Positions 12,658 through 24,960 of a DNA stretch of 64,000 bases are shown here, piece after piece (positions within the stretch are counted from its first letter, which is position 1; every line of letters starts with the position of its first letter). A model generated the notes under the pieces. That model worked only from the letters and a program-made list of their open reading frames with translations. It had not been told where the DNA came from and searched no databases. Where the stretch lies: positions 1,116,001 to 1,180,000 of the forward strand of contig OZ025781.1 in the NCBI GenBank assembly GCA_964019425.1. Reading direction: 5' to 3'. Both the position numbers and the translations under genes were made by a program. This stretch comes from Flectonema sp. DT1601 (lineage: Eukaryota).

Positions 12658-12951
12658 AACTGAGAGGCTCCTATATTTGCGTATCTGTATAGAATGAAAA
12701 ATAATAACACAAATAAAAATATGTCCTAGGCTATAGTGGTTATCTAGTTCTATTAAACGGTGGGTGAAATTAAAAAAAAAACAAAAAAAAAAAAAAAATC
12801 TAACAAAGAGAAGTATAAAAATATAGTACAAAAGTCTATAAGTATGTGTTTGTAAGCCAATTAACTCGTAAAAAGAATGAAGCAGATCTAACCTGCGTGA
12901 TTAACGTGGCACTTACCACGAAAAAAATAAAAAAGATGAAACCATTCTTAC

Positions 12952-15021
12952 TCAAGGTTCTTCTTCATTATGTTCAACAGCCGCTAATTGTGGTGAATTG
13001 TTTATTTGATTGCTGTCTCGATGAAGAATCTTTTTGACAACTTTCTCAGCAAAAGATTGCTCCGGCACGTTGAACTCAAATTCTGGTTCGTCAGATTTTT
13101 CTGTCGGTCTGTTTTAGTTGTGTTTAAATACTATGACATATCGAAAAGTTTAATTAATTTAAACATACTGATGAAGTGAGTACTGAGTCTCTGCCCAGAA
13201 TTGACCTCGAGCTCCTTCTACTCCAGTCTGACAGGCCCAATTTGGTTCGTCTGGTTTCGGTTGATCAGAAACGTCTTTTAAAATAGCGTCTTCATCAGGA
13301 ATTCTCCGAAGGCTTCTCTTCTTAGCAGGAAGACGGACTAATGGTGCTTTTTTAGCTTGTTTTTTTATCGACTTCGTCTGTTTGCTACATTCCTTGGTTG
13401 TTTCAGAAAGTTCAGCAGGTGGCTTACGCTGCCTTGTGGGAGCAGGCTTTGATTTTTTACCAGCCGGTTTCCTCTTTGCACGAGTCTTTTTGGGTTCATC
13501 TTCCTCATCGTCACTGCTGGTAATAAGTCTTTTCCTTGATCTCTTTGGTGGGGGTTGATGATCTTTTGATTTCTTACTCTTCTCAAGTTTATTTTTAACA
13601 AGTTTGTTTTGGGCACGCTTGTAACTTGAACCACTTCCGCCTTGCTTCTTCCAAGCAAGGAGTGTGATGCGCTCTGTGTCTATTTCTGGTGAAGATGGCT
13701 GCTTAGGAGACTCCAAAGGCGGATCTGGTATAGCCAAATTCTCAGTCGCATTTTTTAATAGCGTGAGAGGATCTGTGCCCTCATCACTTATTTCAGATTT
13801 AGATCTTTTTTTCGCAGGTATTGAGTTGGTTTGTTTTCTTTTTGCTTTCGATCTCTCAGAAGACTCACTAGAGCTAGAGCTAGAGCTGGAGTCAGAACTG
13901 GCATCACTGACGGCTATTTCGTCCGTAATTATAATTCTCTTTCTCAATGGTTTTGGTTTTGGTTTTCGTCTAACTTTTTTTTTATCATCATTCGAACTGA
14001 CGTTCTTAGCCTTCGGTTTAGAATTGATAACAGGTTCTATATTTGTTATGTCTTTTTCCCTCTTTACGTATGTTTCATTATCACTAAGAGGTTTGTCGTT
14101 GCTTGACGTCTCAAGTTTTTTTCTGATACTATTTATTAACGAGTCGTTATCAATATCGTCTCTTTGATGTGATGATTTCATTCCACCGGAATGATAATTA
14201 TCGTTGATCGGTGAGCAGATTCTTTGTGGCGAAGAATCAAGCTGTCGACGAATACTTTTAATTAACGAATCGTCATCAGTTTCACAATCTGTTTTATTAT
14301 TTGAAATGTCCTGTAGTTGAGAAACATCATGATTAGAGTGAAATGAATCACCGCATTCGAGATCAGTCGATGGCGACTGCAACTGTTGTTTAACCGTTCC
14401 TATAAAGTTATCAGAGCTTGACAATGAGACAGATGCTCTTTCTTTGTAATTAGAATTTGATTTGGTACTTTTTGAAGCACCAGAAACAGGTGTTTCACTG
14501 CACCGATTCCTCATATGACGATACTTACGTCTCTGCAAGATCGATTCTCTAGCAGTTGGACTTTCCTCATCATAAGTTAGTGATTTAGGTTGGACGTCTT
14601 CATCAGAGCTGTATACTGCTGGACAGTTTGGTTTTAAAACAGAAGGGATATCTGCTGTTAGTTTCTTAATAACTTCTAAGTCGTCTTGATTGAGAGGTGT
14701 AGGAGGTAGTGTCATTGGAGACTTCACAATCCCACTTCCCAAATCAATCCAATTCGGGACACTTGCTAAACTCATGCTGCGATTAGCCTCCCTCAATTCC
14801 TCTATTTCAATTTCTTTTCTCGCACTGAGAGTTAATCTTGCCTGCCAGTCAGGGCTCTCTGCGCTAAGAGTCGGCGATGATTGCCAACTCGGTCTCTGTT
14901 TTCGTACAGGACTTCGAACTGGTGACTTCCTTGGCGTTGATGCATCACTACCACTGTCTAAGTCATCGTTTGCTATCTTTTGTATTAATACCTTCCCTCC
15001 TCGATATCCTCTATATCTCAT
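12952..15021 (-). CDS. Hypothetical Ser/Lys/Asp-rich low-complexity protein, probably nuclear, 669 aa, 2 exons (15021-13169, 13108-12952)
   Basis: Long ORF with basic clusters. Intron 13109-13168 (GTATGT..AAAACAG, phase 2) adds a 51-aa acidic C-terminal exon ending EEEP-TGA. Confidence 0.7.
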
Positions 15022-16825
15022 ATTGTGTCTTAGCTGTTATTCAACCAAAGGTTATCATTTTACTTTGGTTTACCTCTTTAAAGTAAACAAAAAACACGAC
15101 ACAGATGACTTATAAATAGCATATAAGAATAGGTAGCAAGTACGACACCATATGAAAAGATCGAAAAAAGAAAAATAAACTTTTTTATGTTCGTACACTA
15201 CACCAAAATGGCTAATAACACGAGAGAGGAAGGAGTAAATACGAAAAGACTTGAGAACTATCAAGCTCATGTTTTTGTTTTTTACAAATTCAAGGAGTAT
15301 ATAGAGAGGTATGTATGACCAGTCTCACTTGGCACAAACTAAATAACTTTTTTTTTGTGTCAAAGCTCAGAAATGACCACGACATCAGATAATATAAGAG
15401 AGAGAAAGGGGTAAATGCTAACGGTAAAATTAATTTATGGTTTCTTTCAAAAGTGTAAGTGAAAATAAGAGAGAACAAGGTTTAACAAAAGATATCTCAT
15501 TTTTTAGTAATATAAATTGAACTCAATTTATGAAACTACTTCGACTTTTAGAAACTTCCATCAGTCGGTGTGGACTCAACGATTACAACAAACCAAAACT
15601 ACAAATAAAAAAGAAAAGGCATCTGCGGCTGATGCGGACTTTATGTACAAAAAAAAAAAAGAAAAAAAAAAAAAAAAAATCACCGATAATTGCGAGTGAC
15701 CGAAAGAGGATAATGGATACGAGATCCCAGGTAGTAATCAAGTCAAATACATACTAAATATACTGCTTGAATAACGTGCATTAATCGTCAGTATATCCTC
15801 TGGTTGATAGTTGAGGAGACTGAGATGCTTTTTATTTAATAGTAAAAAGAAATGATTACTAGAAAGTATAACGAAATTGGTTGGCACACAACTGTCACTC
15901 AACTTGTGTTTAAAAAAAAGAAAAAAACGATTGATATCGCCTGATCGAAAATTATAAAGAGAGAGAAGAAAAAAAAAAATGACAAAAAAACTGTACTCAG
16001 GCTTTTTGTTTTTCTTGTGCACAAAAAACCCAATAAAGGTGTTAAGTGTGGTTACGATGCTACGATTCTCTGAATCGGTACAAAAAAAAAAAAAAAAAAA
16101 AACGAGGAGAGGAAAAAAATGATAATAAAAAAGCAGGCGGAGGAATTTAAAAAAAAAAAAAGGGAAAACCCCTAATCCGAACACAAAAGTTTCCGAAACC
16201 GCCGGATTTTTTTTTAACCGTCGAGGCTACAAGGCACTTTTTTTGTATAGAGTTGGCGGTTTCGGAAAATTTTGTGCCTGGATTAGAGGTTTTCCCAAAA
16301 AAAAAAAAAAAAAAAAACGAATTAATGACCGAAGTTTACTACTTTTTCGATTGAAAGCAGGTTCGTAATTTCGGAGCGGGTGCTTCAGGAATCGGATAAT
16401 TATCAGAAACCCGTCACTAACTAAGCTTATCACAACTAAACGAACAAGTGCAGGGCAACTGATGAAATAAAGTTAGTAGTAGTAATAATAATTATCAGCC
16501 AATTAAAAAAAAAAATCAAATGCAAAAATTCGACAAAATGAGTGGGGGCTGAGTTATGTTTATGGGGAATGAATAATAAAAAAAATTTCCACTCAAAGTA
16601 AAAGAAAAGTATTCATTTATGCAGTTTCCTAACATCAATGGGTAATAGAATATGTGGTTTCAGGAGCCTTAATCTTATACTACTTGTCCCTTTTTAGGCC
16701 TTCATCAGTAAGTTCTAAGGGACTCCATTCTATGTTGAAGTTGTTATCGTTCTAAGATAAAAATTCATCGAAGCTCGCGCCAAGATAGGGCTAGCAATGC
16801 TTATTTGCTGGCCTTAGTCAGTATA

Positions 16826-16970
16826 AATAATTATCAGTCAATCAAAAAACGGGCGGGAAAATTCAATCGAATTCAAAAGTTCGTAAAACAACAAACAAAT
16901 AATAATTAAATTTCAGCTGAAATTAAAAAATCTTTCTTCGGACCGTTCCCCTTACCAGCCCTCTTCAGCC
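16826..16970. repeat. Dispersed repeat family R2, copy 1
   Basis: ATAATTATCAGTCA...ACAACAAACAAA...AATCTTTCTTCGGACCGTTCCCCTTACCAGCCCTCTTCAGC is shared with 41236-41357. Confidence 0.75.
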
Positions 16971-18266
16971 TTCAAGCCTTAGTTAGTTAGCAAAATACAG
17001 AACTGATGACTACGAGGGGTCTGGGTAGCCTGCAACAATCGTGAAGATTGCAACTTTAATGATTTGAGAGTGGGGAGGGGAAGGTGAAAAAAATAAAAAA
17101 TCTTTTTTTATTGTATATAGCATCTATCCTTACAACACGACCATATGTGCCATATGCCCACATACCACGAAAGAAAATAGAAACCCCCCCGGAACAGTAC
17201 CGAGGATCGTTAACCCCCATTTGTCCAAAGCATTATAATTGGACTGTGGGCTTACCGAAAAGTTTTTGAAAAGTACCACATAAATCGGCAGCACATAGCC
17301 ATATCACTCAGCAAGAAATGAAAACAAGAGGAGGTCAATTTAAGGTCATAACTGCGCCAGACCTGTTACGACAACATTGATTATTCTATGTGAATGTATA
17401 AAACCTCAGCAAGGGAGTTATACCCTCATACAGAATCATTAATGCCGTCGTACAGAATTTCAATCTCGTTCTCACTCTGAGGCATGAAGCCTTCAGTGAT
17501 GACACGTTAAAAAAAAAAAAATTAAAAAAAGTGATTTGCACAACAGCAAAGGTATACACGTCAAACACCAGCAACGTCAGCAGTTTTCATGTTCACGCCG
17601 AGTGCACAGTGATATCAAAGAAAAAATAGTTTTCACAAGCGTGCAAAAGTGGTCTTAAAACTTGCATAAGGGAATAACGAAAATTCCAAAAAAAAAAAAA
17701 AAAAAAAACGTAATAATATCAAATAAGGACAAGATTGGAAGCACTGAAATTTTCCAAGTGAACCACGAAAGTCGTCGTTATAAAAAGTTAACAAAGTCCA
17801 GAACAGATGACTGTGGGTGATATTTTACTAACTGACTGTGGGGTCTGAGTAACCTGCTGGTGAAAACAAGAAAAGAATGGTGATGGAGAGAGAGGAAGGG
17901 TGACAATGGAGAAAAACAAAATATTTCTTCCATTTTATAAAATATTTCTTCATTTGAATTCGTCAATGGCTATACCTCGTAAGATTTCTTATTGGGTATA
18001 GTGACTCATCTAATCTATTGTCGGAATTAAAACATGAAACTACCTTTAAAAAAAAAGTAAAAGATAACCGACGAGAAGCAGTAGTAGGTATGCTGCAGAA
18101 AGTCGGGTAAAACACCTAACTGCGAAAGTAACAATGTCGTAACTCAGAAAAGTGGACTACATTCACTCACTTCCTTTGGTTAATTTTTGACAAATCAAAA
18201 ATTCAAAAAAAATTTTCAAAAAAAAAAAAAAAACTACTTTAAAAAAACTGGTAGGTCTTGAGAACA

Positions 18267-18437
18267 AAAAAGAATTGGCTTTAACTTCAACTATACAGAA
18301 AATAATGATATAACACTGTGGTTTTTTGTTTGTGCACGAAACCGTGAACCGACTTAAACTGATAAAGCTAAAGGAGGTTTACGTGTGCTGCCAACATTCT
18401 TTTTCGTTCTTACAATACTTGTTAAATGCAAAAAAAA
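18267..18437. repeat. Dispersed ~170-bp repeat R1, copy 1
   Basis: Near-identical to 46970-47145, ending in an A-run on the + strand. Confidence 0.9.
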
Positions 18438-18450
18438 TCCACACAAATAT

Positions 18451-19202
18451 TTACATCACACAACACTGACATCTCGCCTCTGATGAATAATTACAAACAC
18501 CGCGAGGAGAACTAAATAACGAAGACCCGTCCCCTTCACCAATAAAGGCACAAAGTTCTGATTCATCAGGGATATTATGAATAATCCCAGCCTCATCGAA
18601 TGTTGCTCGTAAGGTTGGTAGGAGAGTATCAACGGTGTATTGCGACATTGGAATAACTACTCCCTTATCAATATCAGGCATTGAGATGTATAAGTCTACT
18701 CCGCTTGATAATAAAGCCTGTCTGAAAATAGGTCTTATCTCGCCATTACAACTGTACCTGACTTTACCTTCAGTGTCGTAACCAAATTTAATCCAACCCC
18801 CGCCTTCAGTTCTCGGGTCTAAGAATTCTACTGCTGGAGATAGCTGGTTGGTTTTATTATGGTATTGTGATCTACAATAAATATTTTAAAAAAAAAAAAT
18901 TAAAAAAAAAAAAAAAAAACCTCGTCACTATGAAATCCACCTGTTCCATAATTCTGTTGCGCCAACCATGAAATACAAGGAGCTGGTGATGTAGAAGAAT
19001 AATACTCCAAACTACGAGCGTTTAAATCAGGAAATCCGTATCTTAAAGAGTTCGAGTGAGGAGACTCACTACTATCAATATCACTGTAAAGTATTTCATC
19101 GTCGTCACTCTGAATACAACAGCCAATACATTCAGTTACTACTTTAGGTTCGGTAGAGTCGTCATGTCCTAAACTAGTTGTCCCACGAGAAGTAGAAATC
19201 AT
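18451..19202 (-). CDS. Hypothetical protein, 224 aa, 2 exons (19202-18921, 18843-18451), C-terminal CaaX-like motif (CQCCVM)
   Basis: Intron 18844-18920 (GTTTTT..AACCAACCAG) joins ...FHSDE to LSPAVEFLDPRTEGGGWIKFGYD..., which continues into ORF 18451-18681. Confidence 0.65.
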
Positions 19203-19236
19203 TTTATATAAAAATCTATTATGAGATAGTTTCACA

Positions 19237-19272
<36 letters not shown>

Positions 19273-19576
19273 ACAATTGTTCTGCACTCTCAAGGGCTAT
19301 TGTCATAAATATATTTTCCAATCATATTTATTAGTTGAAATTCGTACCTTATGAGCTGGCTCTAAGTTGAAAGGAAGGAAAGATAAATAAAAAGTCTCAC
19401 CTGCAATCAACTTTTTCACAAAATTTAAGATTCAAGTTACTTTCCGATACATCAAACCACACGCCAGTTACCACACAAATAGAGTTACATAAAAAAAAAT
19501 TAAAAAAAAGATTTGTATCGGCTCCATAACAAGTTATTTATTAATAAAACATGCCTAAGTAAAATTGGAATCCTTC

Positions 19577-20173
19577 TTAAGCTTTAGATTTACACTTTTC
19601 AATTAGCGTTTCCTCAATGAGAGATGTCGGTGTTTGTTTGCTGCAGTGAGAATACCACTTTTTTGCCTCATCCGATTTTGATAGTTGAGCGTAAGTATCT
19701 CCCAACATGAGAGCATTTCTTATAAAAGTCGGTTCAGCAGTCTGAGCTCTGTGGAGATATGGAAGTGACTCAGGAAGTTTGTGATCAGGAACTTGATGAA
19801 AAATTGCACCGGCTACCTTTCGCTCGATCCAGCTTAACGTAGAGACGTGGTAGTAAAAGGCACCGAGTACATGGTTGGCAACGCTGTCGTTTTCAAGAAC
19901 ATCACAAGCGGCCTTTGCGTGATCCCGCACTGAATAAGAATTCTTAATTTTTTCAGCAGTCGGTTGCATGTCTCCCCATTTACTACCAAGAACAGCTCTC
20001 CATTTATGACAGTGAGCGGTCGATTCTCTGTCTAGGTCTTTCATCGCTAGACACTTGTCAGTTAATTCTATCCCCTCATTAACTAACTTTAATCGCTCTT
20101 CATCGTGAGACTTTCCTTCTTTAACATTTCCTGCTGCATCGCTAAGCTGTTCTGCCTTCTTCCATAAGTCCAT
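19577..20173 (-). CDS. Regulator of microtubule dynamics (RMDN/PTPIP51)-like TPR protein
   Basis: CHKWRAV...EKIKNSY...HVLGAFYYHVSTLSWIERKVAGAIF resembles the RMDN1 core. Confidence 0.8.
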   Translation of the reverse strand: MDLWKKAEQLSDAAGNVKEGKSHDEERLKLVNEGIELTDKCLAMKDLDRESTAHCHKWRAVLGSKWGDMQPTAEKIKNSYSVRDHAKAACDVLENDSVANHVLGAFYYHVSTLSWIERKVAGAIFHQVPDHKLPESLPYLHRAQTAEPTFIRNALMLGDTYAQLSKSDEAKKWYSHCSKQTPTSLIEETLIEKCKSKA

Positions 20174-21833
20174 TTTTTTTTTTTTTTTTTTTTTTTAAAT
20201 ACCGTATTTCAGTGTCTGAAGTTTTTAGAATACCCATAATATAACAAAAAAACCTAATAAAAAAATCGAGAATCGTAAATAAGGATATCCGATGGCATTA
20301 TTTTTTTGAGTGCTGTAGAAAAACTGATGCTTTGCTTCAATAAAAGTGAATAAAAGACATAACCGCATCACATGAAATCCTATGACATGAGTGGAAGATA
20401 GAGGGGAGGAGGTTGGAACTAAAAACTGCTAACAAAGCAGAACCTTGACGAGAGAATACCACGTACATGTGCTGTTCTTTTTTATTCTCTTTCTTTTTTT
20501 TTTGTCAAGTTTTTTTTGTTCTGGGTAGTTCGGCGGGCAATACACACCCGATTTTTCAACAACACACAGAAAAAAAACGTAAATTTATCGGCAATAAGGA
20601 CAATGCAAACGGTTCGACAACCACCGTAAAAAAATAAAATCACATCCGACAGGTACGTGGCTATGCCATGCTAACAACAGTTTCCCCGTTGTAAACAATA
20701 ACAATACCATTAAATAGAAGGAAGTATTTGATCTACAGACAGGTTTTGTTTGTTTGTTTCTTTTTCTTTTGTTTACTATCAAGCTATACGAGTTTCGCAA
20801 CAACCCAATGGAGGTACATCCGTCGTGACGACCTGGAAAGGCCAAGATGCAAACCAGCTTTTTTTTCTTTTCTTTTTTCTTCTGCAGAAGAAACCAACGA
20901 AAGGATGATCACGCGCAAAGCTCCGATAACCAATGTGCTTTTGGATCCCTCTCTTCAGGAAAAAAAGAAATGCATTCAAGGAAGAAGAAAACTCAATCCC
21001 TAACTGTCTGTAACAAAACAGAGAAAGCAAAAAAAAAAAAAAAAAAAAAAAAGGAAAAAAAAAAAAAACGGTACTGCGTTGCAAACATACATGTTATTCC
21101 TCCTATGTCTTTACAGATGTCCTCATTGAACTCTATAATAAACTACTGCGGAATAATAATCCCCCATTCGTGGATGAAACAAGGAAGCCGTAAGGGCGTG
21201 ATGGTTTGACAATTTAAGAACGTAGATAGGGGAGGGGAGAACAAAAAGATTTTTTTTTTTTTTTTTGATTGTTTGTTTTGCAGACGAAGGAAGTTAAAAA
21301 CTCAAGCCATCACTATAACTCAGATAGATGAAATACCGTAACGCAAAAAACGCATTTCAGCATCCATGCACGTTATTAAAAAGATTTTAAAAAAAAATAA
21401 AAATGGTTTGCAGGTGGAACACCCACCTTCTAGAGATTCATGGCGTACCTAAACTAAGGCTCTAGAAAAAAGCAGAAAAAATAAAATGCTACATTCGAAA
21501 TCTGAGGCATAGCAGCCGTAAATAAACAGAAATTGGGATGCAGGAATTAAAAAGAAAATAAAAAAAAAATACCGAAATTGCACTATTATGTCACAAAAAT
21601 TACTCCGCCTAGATAAACGATAAGAACACACTTTGATTAAGCAATGTCACATTCCGTGTTTCGTACTACTCCCTAAAAAAGAAGTTTTAATGTAAGAAAC
21701 ACACTCGACTTGTTAGCAGTTGTTCATAAATAACGAGATCATTTTTGGGTAATTGCAAAAAAAAAAAAAAAAAAGAGGGAAAGAACAAAAAGCAAGAGTT
21801 GAAATATATCATTTAAGACAAAAAGAAAACTTC

Positions 21834-24527
21834 TCAGTTCTCTTCCTGCTTTGGTCTAACAAAGATAATACCAGCAGCAATATTTGGATTCGCAAGCACA
21901 GCTTCTCTAATAGTTCTGACTTGCTTAGCAGGTTTAACTACGACTCTCTTAGCGTGGTAGACGTCATCTTTATCATCATATATAGCACCAGGAGTGGTTG
22001 CTGTGACAGGAGCAGCTGGTGGGGAATCCTTCAGGGGTCGTACTTCGATAACTCTCGGTTTTGGAGGTTCTGCTTCCAATGGTGGTTGTGGTGGTTGTTG
22101 TTTCACTGGAGGAACTGGAACAACAGCTATCTGTTCTTCCTTCACAGTTTCTGAAGGTACAGACACTTCTGTTGGAATTGGCGCTTCTTTCTCCACCACA
22201 GTAGGCTCTACTGGAGCCGGAGCCCCATCCAGTGCTTTGTCATTCTCAGCAGTCTTAGCCAGCTTTGCTTTCGCTGAAGATCTTCTCCTCACACCTGTTG
22301 GAGTAGGTGGCGGAGATGCCGTGCACGACGATTCGTCTCCCGTAGCACCAGTCCCACTCTTCTTCTTCTTTTTCTTCTTTCTCTTTCTCTCGACCGCTCC
22401 CCCTTCTTCTTCCGGCCCTGCAATTGAATTCTTCTTCTTCTTCCTTTTGATCTTTTTCTCTTTTGGTGCATCGGTTGTTCCATCGTCTTCGGTGTCGGCT
22501 TCAGCCGCGTCAGCTTCATCGTTTTCCTCCTCCTTATCGTCATCAGCAGGTCCTGGAGATTCTTCATTTTGAGTACCCTGCGAGGAGTTCATAAGTGGAG
22601 CTGTAGCTGTTGCTGGTGTTGTGATAGGAGTTACCGTTTCTGATTCTGCTTCGACCTGGTGTGTAGTCGGCTGTGCTTCAACAACTACTTCTGGTTCTGT
22701 AGTTGGTTGAACTAAAGGAGTTGGTTCTGACTGTTGTCCAATCTCTGGAACAGGTGTTGAGGGTTCTAAACTATTTTGTCTAACCTGTGGTGGCGGTGCC
22801 GGAACATGTGCCGGCGATGGTGTCAAACTAAGCAACGTATTAATATCCGTGGCGTACTTTTGATATAATATTACGATTTTTCTCATATTTTCTTGAGTAG
22901 TTTTCAGGTACCCCTTCAACTCTACAGCAGCACACGCCCATTCAGCAGCTTCTGGTGGCGTGTTGTCATCTGTAATGTGAGATTCGATAGTTTTGCTTAC
23001 AAGAACCCATTCTTTTGTTTGCAAACTTATCATAGATTTCAGGTATAAAGCTGCGTCATGAGTAGCGATAATATCTTCTTTAGGATGATTTTCGATAAGA
23101 TTGCAATCTCTTTGATGGCTCAATGAAATAGTATCGAATATAGAATACGGTGGAGGCCTTGAAATTGCTATTATAGCAGAAGCCCATTCATACAAATACG
23201 ATCCTTGTTGAATTCCTTCGGCGATTTTTAAATGATCAGAAGAAAATAAAGACTTGAATTCATCATACAAAGAACAATTAGTCTGTAGTAGGGTAACTAA
23301 TAAGTTTGAATGTTGCTCTCGTTGTTCAGTTATGGTGTGCATGTTTTTAGATAATTCTGCTACGAATTCCGATAAGAATATAGTTGTCTTTATCCAAGTA
23401 TCTATATTGCAGTTGGAAGTTTCGTAGTTTGGATCGTTTTGTGCAGCTCGTGCGGCAGCGACAGCGCTGCTTGGCAGACTGATACAAGCATCGTTCCAAT
23501 CCTCTTCATCCATGGATGAGAGGTCTTTTATGAAATATATTGCGTCAGTGTTGTAGTCTACGGCACCTCCAGGAAGTCGTTTTCTAGTCTTGTTGTTAGG
23601 GGTTTGTCCTGCTAATAAGAAGTTCTCGATATCAGATCTGTGTGCTTTCACTTCATTACCAACCTTAAGCAACAACTCGTTTAGCAATGCGATAGTTTGA
23701 GTTGAAGCGAATGCCTTAACGGCATCCATAGCATTCGCCCAGGTTTTTAGTTCTGGATAAGCAGAACCAGCCAGCACAGAGCCAGCAGCTTCCTGTAGAG
23801 GAGGAGTGTAATTCTTTATTAACCAATCGTCTAATAAAGCTTTTTGTGGATCTCTCAACTTAGTATCCGAAGCGATCGCATTAGACCCAGCCTTCAATGC
23901 AGCGTATTCTATAGCAAGTTGTAGAGTAGTAGCTTCATCTTGTTTATTCTCTTCGAGTGTTTTTACTATCTCTCTCATGCGTTGTTCCATATCCTGGACT
24001 TGAGCGTGGAGTTGCTGGACTGTTGCTTTTCCGTGTAGCTGATTGTTCTGCGCATTTTCAACTGCGGCGCTCGCATCTGCAAGTTCGACAAGCATGCGAT
24101 CGATGTCTGATTTACATCTTCTGTAATTGAGGGCGATAACTTCCTGACCAGATCTCGATAGCTTTTCAATCGCCTTCCTACTCTCTTCAGACATTGCTGA
24201 TTGAGCTGCGATGAGGATCAACTGCATTGCAACAACAGCCTTAGCCCACGCGATCATTTTCTTAGCCGTGTCAGTCAGAACTAATTCCGGGTCATGTTCT
24301 GCAGCAGCATGCTGCTCCATTAACAAAGCTGCTAAGTCCAAATGCTTATCAGTAAAGCATTCCATGTATAAATCAGTTATGTCGTTATCCATTTTATTTC
24401 TCTGAATAGCTTCTTCCATTCGTTGATCTTCAGACATTTTCTGAATGTGATGTTTGTATTCCTCATCATCAAGACCATCACAGCTGGGCATCAGTGTTGC
24501 CAACAGTTGAGGATCTAACTGCGCCAT
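21834..24527 (-). CDS. Hypothetical protein, 897 aa (helical N-terminus, Pro/Glu/Lys-rich C-terminus)
   Basis: Long uninterrupted ORF with a polypyrimidine+CAG acceptor at 24549 just upstream. Confidence 0.75.
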   Translation of the reverse strand: MAQLDPQLLATLMPSCDGLDDEEYKHHIQKMSEDQRMEEAIQRNKMDNDITDLYMECFTDKHLDLAALLMEQHAAAEHDPELVLTDTAKKMIAWAKAVVAMQLILIAAQSAMSEESRKAIEKLSRSGQEVIALNYRRCKSDIDRMLVELADASAAVENAQNNQLHGKATVQQLHAQVQDMEQRMREIVKTLEENKQDEATTLQLAIEYAALKAGSNAIASDTKLRDPQKALLDDWLIKNYTPPLQEAAGSVLAGSAYPELKTWANAMDAVKAFASTQTIALLNELLLKVGNEVKAHRSDIENFLLAGQTPNNKTRKRLPGGAVDYNTDAIYFIKDLSSMDEEDWNDACISLPSSAVAAARAAQNDPNYETSNCNIDTWIKTTIFLSEFVAELSKNMHTITEQREQHSNLLVTLLQTNCSLYDEFKSLFSSDHLKIAEGIQQGSYLYEWASAIIAISRPPPYSIFDTISLSHQRDCNLIENHPKEDIIATHDAALYLKSMISLQTKEWVLVSKTIESHITDDNTPPEAAEWACAAVELKGYLKTTQENMRKIVILYQKYATDINTLLSLTPSPAHVPAPPPQVRQNSLEPSTPVPEIGQQSEPTPLVQPTTEPEVVVEAQPTTHQVEAESETVTPITTPATATAPLMNSSQGTQNEESPGPADDDKEEENDEADAAEADTEDDGTTDAPKEKKIKRKKKKNSIAGPEEEGGAVERKRKKKKKKKSGTGATGDESSCTASPPPTPTGVRRRSSAKAKLAKTAENDKALDGAPAPVEPTVVEKEAPIPTEVSVPSETVKEEQIAVVPVPPVKQQPPQPPLEAEPPKPRVIEVRPLKDSPPAAPVTATTPGAIYDDKDDVYHAKRVVVKPAKQVRTIREAVLANPNIAAGIIFVRPKQEEN

Positions 24528-24548
24528 GTTGACAACTGGCAGTCCCTT

Positions 24549-24580
24549 CTGAGAGATGGAAAGAAATAAAACCTAAGAAA
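24549..24580 (-). promoter_or_regulatory. Putative trans-splice acceptor
   Basis: TTTTATTTCTTTCCATCTCTCAG about 22 nt before the ATG at 24527. Confidence 0.55.
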
Positions 24581-24960
24581 GCAAATAACACTATCACGAT
24601 ACTAATATACGAACGGTCTTCAAACACTCACCGGACTTGACGTGTAATCTGTTTAGTAGAAAGGTAACGAAATAAAATAGTCGTGAATTGAGTTGTTCTT
24701 TTAGTCAGAACCGTTCTAACGATTTCCAGTTATCGAAACGTTGAATTGTAATAACCTCAGAGACAATGAATCTCGCGGGAAGCTCAGCCTGCGATGGCAG
24801 ATTCTACTTCACAAATGAGAACCAAAACAAAATGCTAAAAGAAAATCAACTTGATGCTCACTCTCCTCTCCCTTAGCAGGATAGAAGCCAACAGTGATAC
24901 ACTCTTGTATACACATTAACGACAGTCAGACAGTGGCAGAAGAAATCTTAAGAAACGTAT

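Noticed and set aside
16640..16720. Hammerhead ribozyme (CTGATGA...GAAAC on the minus strand)
   Set aside because: Stem II does not close next to GAAA, and there are no compatible stems I and III.
16940..16990. Spliced-leader RNA gene (AACTAAC...G/GTAAG on the minus strand)
   Set aside because: It lacks the conserved euglenozoan TTTCTGTACT.TATTG exon end, the spacing is wrong, and it is not tandemly arrayed.
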